Positions 24,772 to 27,490 of a DNA stretch of 27,490 nt are shown piece after piece. Under the pieces are notes generated by a model. It had not been told where the DNA came from. It saw only the letters and a program-made list of their open reading frames with translations, and did no database searches. The DNA is taken from assembly GCA_037142195.1 (NCBI GenBank), contig JBAXBA010000047.1, positions 1-27,490 of the forward strand, in the 5' to 3' direction. Each line of letters begins with the position of its first letter. Positions within the stretch are counted from its first letter, which is position 1. The DNA comes from Pseudomonadota bacterium. Lineage in GTDB: Bacteria > Bdellovibrionota_B > Oligoflexia > Oligoflexales > CAIMVM01. The translations under genes were made by a program, and so were the position numbers.

Positions 24772-27490
24772 TTGTCTAGTCAATTGAGCACTTTGCTAAG
24801 TGAGCGTATCTTAATACTCGATGGCGCCATGGGCACCATGATACAACAATATAATCTTAGTGAAGATGATTTTAGAGCCGATCGATTTAAAGAACATGAT
24901 CGTGATTTGCGAGGCAATAATGATCTTTTGGTTTTGACTCAACCTAAAATCATTTTTGATATTCACACAAAGTATTTGTCTGCAGGTGTAGACATCATTG
25001 AAACGAATACCTTTAACAGCACTTCGATTGCTCAAGCCGACTATGGTTTAGAGCATTTGGCCTACGAACTGAATTTCGAAGCAGCCAAATTGGCAAGAAA
25101 GAGCGTCGAAGAATTTGTGGCAAGAAATCCAGAGCGGACCTGTTTTGTCGCGGGAGCCATTGGGCCCACTAATAAGACAGCATCTATGTCTCCTCTTGTT
25201 AATGATCCCAGCTTTCGCTCGGTGACATTTATGGAACTTGTGGAATCCTATTCAGAGCAAATTCTTGGTCTGATTGATGGTGGTGTTGACATACTTCTAC
25301 CCGAAACCACCTTTGATACCCTAAATTTGAAAGCATCGATTTTTGCAATTGAGTCTTGCTTTGAAACTAAAGGTATTCGGCTTCCACTCATGATTTCCGT
25401 GACCATTACGGATAACTCAGGGCGAACGTTATCGGGCCAAACTATTGAAGCTTTTTGGCATTCTATTGCCCATGCTAAGCCATTAAGCGTTGGCATTAAT
25501 TGCGCCTTAGGGGCCAAGGAAATGCGTCCCTACATTGAAGAGCTGTCTCGGATAGCAGACTGTTATATCAGCTGTTATCCTAACGCGGGACTGCCCAATC
25601 CTTTAAGCGCAACCGGCTATGACGAAACACCAGCAATGACGGCAGCCTTTTTAAAACAGTTTGCAAAAGACGGTCTCATTAATATTGTGGGTGGCTGCTG
25701 TGGTACCACCCCTGACCATATTTCTGAAATCGCCAAAGCAGTTAAGACCTTCGCTCCAAGGACCATCCCCAAAGTTAAGAAAGGTCTCAAGCTATCAGGG
25801 CTAGAATCTCTATTTGTCGATCATGAGGCGAGAAACTTCTTGATGGTTGGCGAGCGCACCAATGTTACGGGCTCTCCTAAGTTTTCGACACTTATTAAAA
25901 ATGGTGACTTTAATGGCGCCCTAGCAGTTGCTAAGCAGCAAGTTGAAAACGGTGCCAATATTATCGATATTAACTTTGACGAAGGCATGCTCGATAGTGC
26001 TGCCTGCATGAGAAAGTTTTTGAATTTGTTAGCATCGGAGCCAGACATTGTTAAGGTTCCGTTTATGATCGACAGCTCAAAGTGGTCGGTACTAGAAGCT
26101 GGACTGCAATGTACTCAAGGAAAGTGCATCGTCAATTCCATCAGCCTAAAAGAAGGCGAAGCGGAATTTATTAGGCAAGCAAAGCTTATTCAAAAATATG
26201 GAGCTTCTGTTGTCGTTATGGCGTTTGATGAGAATGGTCAAGCTGCAACTAAAGATGAGAAAGTTAGAATTGCCAAGAGATCCTTTTCGATTCTTACAGA
26301 AGTAGTGGGAATGGATCCTTGCGACATCATTTTAGATCCCAATGTCTTAACCGTTGCTACAGGTATGGAAGAGCATCAGAACTTCGGGCGAGACTTCATA
26401 GAGGCGGTTGCTGAAATCAAGCGAAGCTGCCCAGGAATCTTCACAAGCGGCGGCATCAGCAATATTTCTTTTTCATTTAGAGGTAACCATACGGTTAGAG
26501 AAGCGATGCATGCATCATTCCTTTTTCATGGCATAAAAGCTGGCTTGGATATGGGCATAGTAAATGCTGGTATGCTAGAGGTTTATGAAGAGGTAGAACC
26601 AGAGCTCTTAAAACACGTAGAAGATGTTCTCTTGAATCGAACCGCCACGGCCACGGACGATCTTATCGCTTATGCAGAGAAATATAAGGGTGTAGCTAAG
26701 GATAAAGTCCAAGCTGCCCATGAATGGCGAGATGGATCCGTCGAAGAACGACTGTCTCATGCTTTGGTAGCCGGCATCACGGAGTATATAACTCAAGATA
26801 CAGAAGAGGCCTTTGCAAAATATAAACGACCGCTTCTTGTCATTGAAGGCCCTTTAATGGACGGCATGAAAGTGGTCGGAGAGCTTTTTGGAGCCGGGAA
26901 GATGTTTCTTCCTCAAGTGGTTAAGAGTGCTCGTGTTATGAAACAAGCAGTCGCTTGGTTGGAACCTCATCTTGAAAAAGAGAAACTAAAGTCTGCCCAA
27001 AGCAGTCAGGGCCAGTTTGTTATTGCTACCGTTAAAGGTGATGTACATGACATCGGCAAGAATATTGTCGCAGTAGTTTTAGCATGTAATAATTGGCAAG
27101 TTCATGACCTTGGCGTAATGGTGAGGCTAGAGACGATTATTCAGAAGGCAAAGGAGGTCGGTGCTCATATGATCGGGCTTTCAGGTCTGATTACGCCGTC
27201 TTTGGATGAAATGATTCTAGTTGCCAAAGAGATGGAGCGCCTTGAGCTTAAGATTCCATTATTGATTGGCGGTGCCACCACCAGTAAAGCCCATACTGCC
27301 ATAAAAATTGCTCCGCACTACTCAGGGCCGGTGGTTCACGTAAGTGATGCCTCACTCGCGGTGGGCGTTTGCAATTCCTTGCAGTCTGACACCTTAAAAG
27401 ATGAATTCGTGTCTTCTCTTAAGATAGAGCAAGAGGAAACTAAGGAATGTTACTTTTCAACTTTAAATAGAGGCCGATTGCTCGCCTATG
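24772..27490 (+). CDS. metH: Cobalamin-dependent methionine synthase, 3' end beyond the window
   Basis: Hand translation at several points in frame +1 from TTG 24772: [79 protein letters not shown]. Absent from the ORF track because no stop lies in the window. Confidence 0.97.
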   Translation, partial: MSSQLSTLLSERILILDGAMGTMIQQYNLSEDDFRADRFKEHDRDLRGNNDLLVLTQPKIIFDIHTKYLSAGVDIIETNTFNSTSIAQADYGLEHLAYELNFEAAKLARKSVEEFVARNPERTCFVAGAIGPTNKTASMSPLVNDPSFRSVTFMELVESYSEQILGLIDGGVDILLPETTFDTLNLKASIFAIESCFETKGIRLPLMISVTITDNSGRTLSGQTIEAFWHSIAHAKPLSVGINCALGAKEMRPYIEELSRIADCYISCYPNAGLPNPLSATGYDETPAMTAAFLKQFAKDGLINIVGGCCGTTPDHISEIAKAVKTFAPRTIPKVKKGLKLSGLESLFVDHEARNFLMVGERTNVTGSPKFSTLIKNGDFNGALAVAKQQVENGANIIDINFDEGMLDSAACMRKFLNLLASEPDIVKVPFMIDSSKWSVLEAGLQCTQGKCIVNSISLKEGEAEFIRQAKLIQKYGASVVVMAFDENGQAATKDEKVRIAKRSFSILTEVVGMDPCDIILDPNVLTVATGMEEHQNFGRDFIEAVAEIKRSCPGIFTSGGISNISFSFRGNHTVREAMHASFLFHGIKAGLDMGIVNAGMLEVYEEVEPELLKHVEDVLLNRTATATDDLIAYAEKYKGVAKDKVQAAHEWRDGSVEERLSHALVAGITEYITQDTEEAFAKYKRPLLVIEGPLMDGMKVVGELFGAGKMFLPQVVKSARVMKQAVAWLEPHLEKEKLKSAQSSQGQFVIATVKGDVHDIGKNIVAVVLACNNWQVHDLGVMVRLETIIQKAKEVGAHMIGLSGLITPSLDEMILVAKEMERLELKIPLLIGGATTSKAHTAIKIAPHYSGPVVHVSDASLAVGVCNSLQSDTLKDEFVSSLKIEQEETKECYFSTLNRGRLLAY

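Noticed and set aside
24811..26796. Short minus-strand ORFs in the right end, and similar short antisense ORFs elsewhere in the track
   Set aside because: Shadow ORFs antisense to metH or other well-supported genes.

Overview
A 27.5 kb chromosomal segment, probably from a Bdellovibrionota/Oligoflexia-like bacterium. That placement is inferred from the TIGR02147-type regulator, the Cys-rich orphan lipoproteins and the pilin-like gene. Left part (0.3-6.6 kb): five exported proteins, three with Cys/His catalytic motifs (L,D-transpeptidase with SH3-like tail, DUF4105-like lipoprotein, NlpC/P60-like amidase with SH3b). Centre (6.8-12.7 kb): a complete minus-strand lexA-imuA-imuB-dnaE2 mutagenesis cassette. 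It appears to have two sigma70 promoters, each overlapped by the same 16-bp palindrome CCATAC-N4-ATATGG, a candidate new LexA operator and the strongest finding here. Next come an orphan IS21-like terminal repeat array, a type IV pilin-like gene with a Cys-rich C-terminus, an M48 protease, two convergent orphan NarL-type regulators, a lysine 6-aminotransferase-like enzyme, nnr, a hipBA-type toxin-antitoxin pair and a TIGR02147 regulator coupled to a lipoprotein. The window ends in the 5' part of metH, which the ORF track omits because it runs off the edge. All family calls come from motif recognition by eye; no searches were run.
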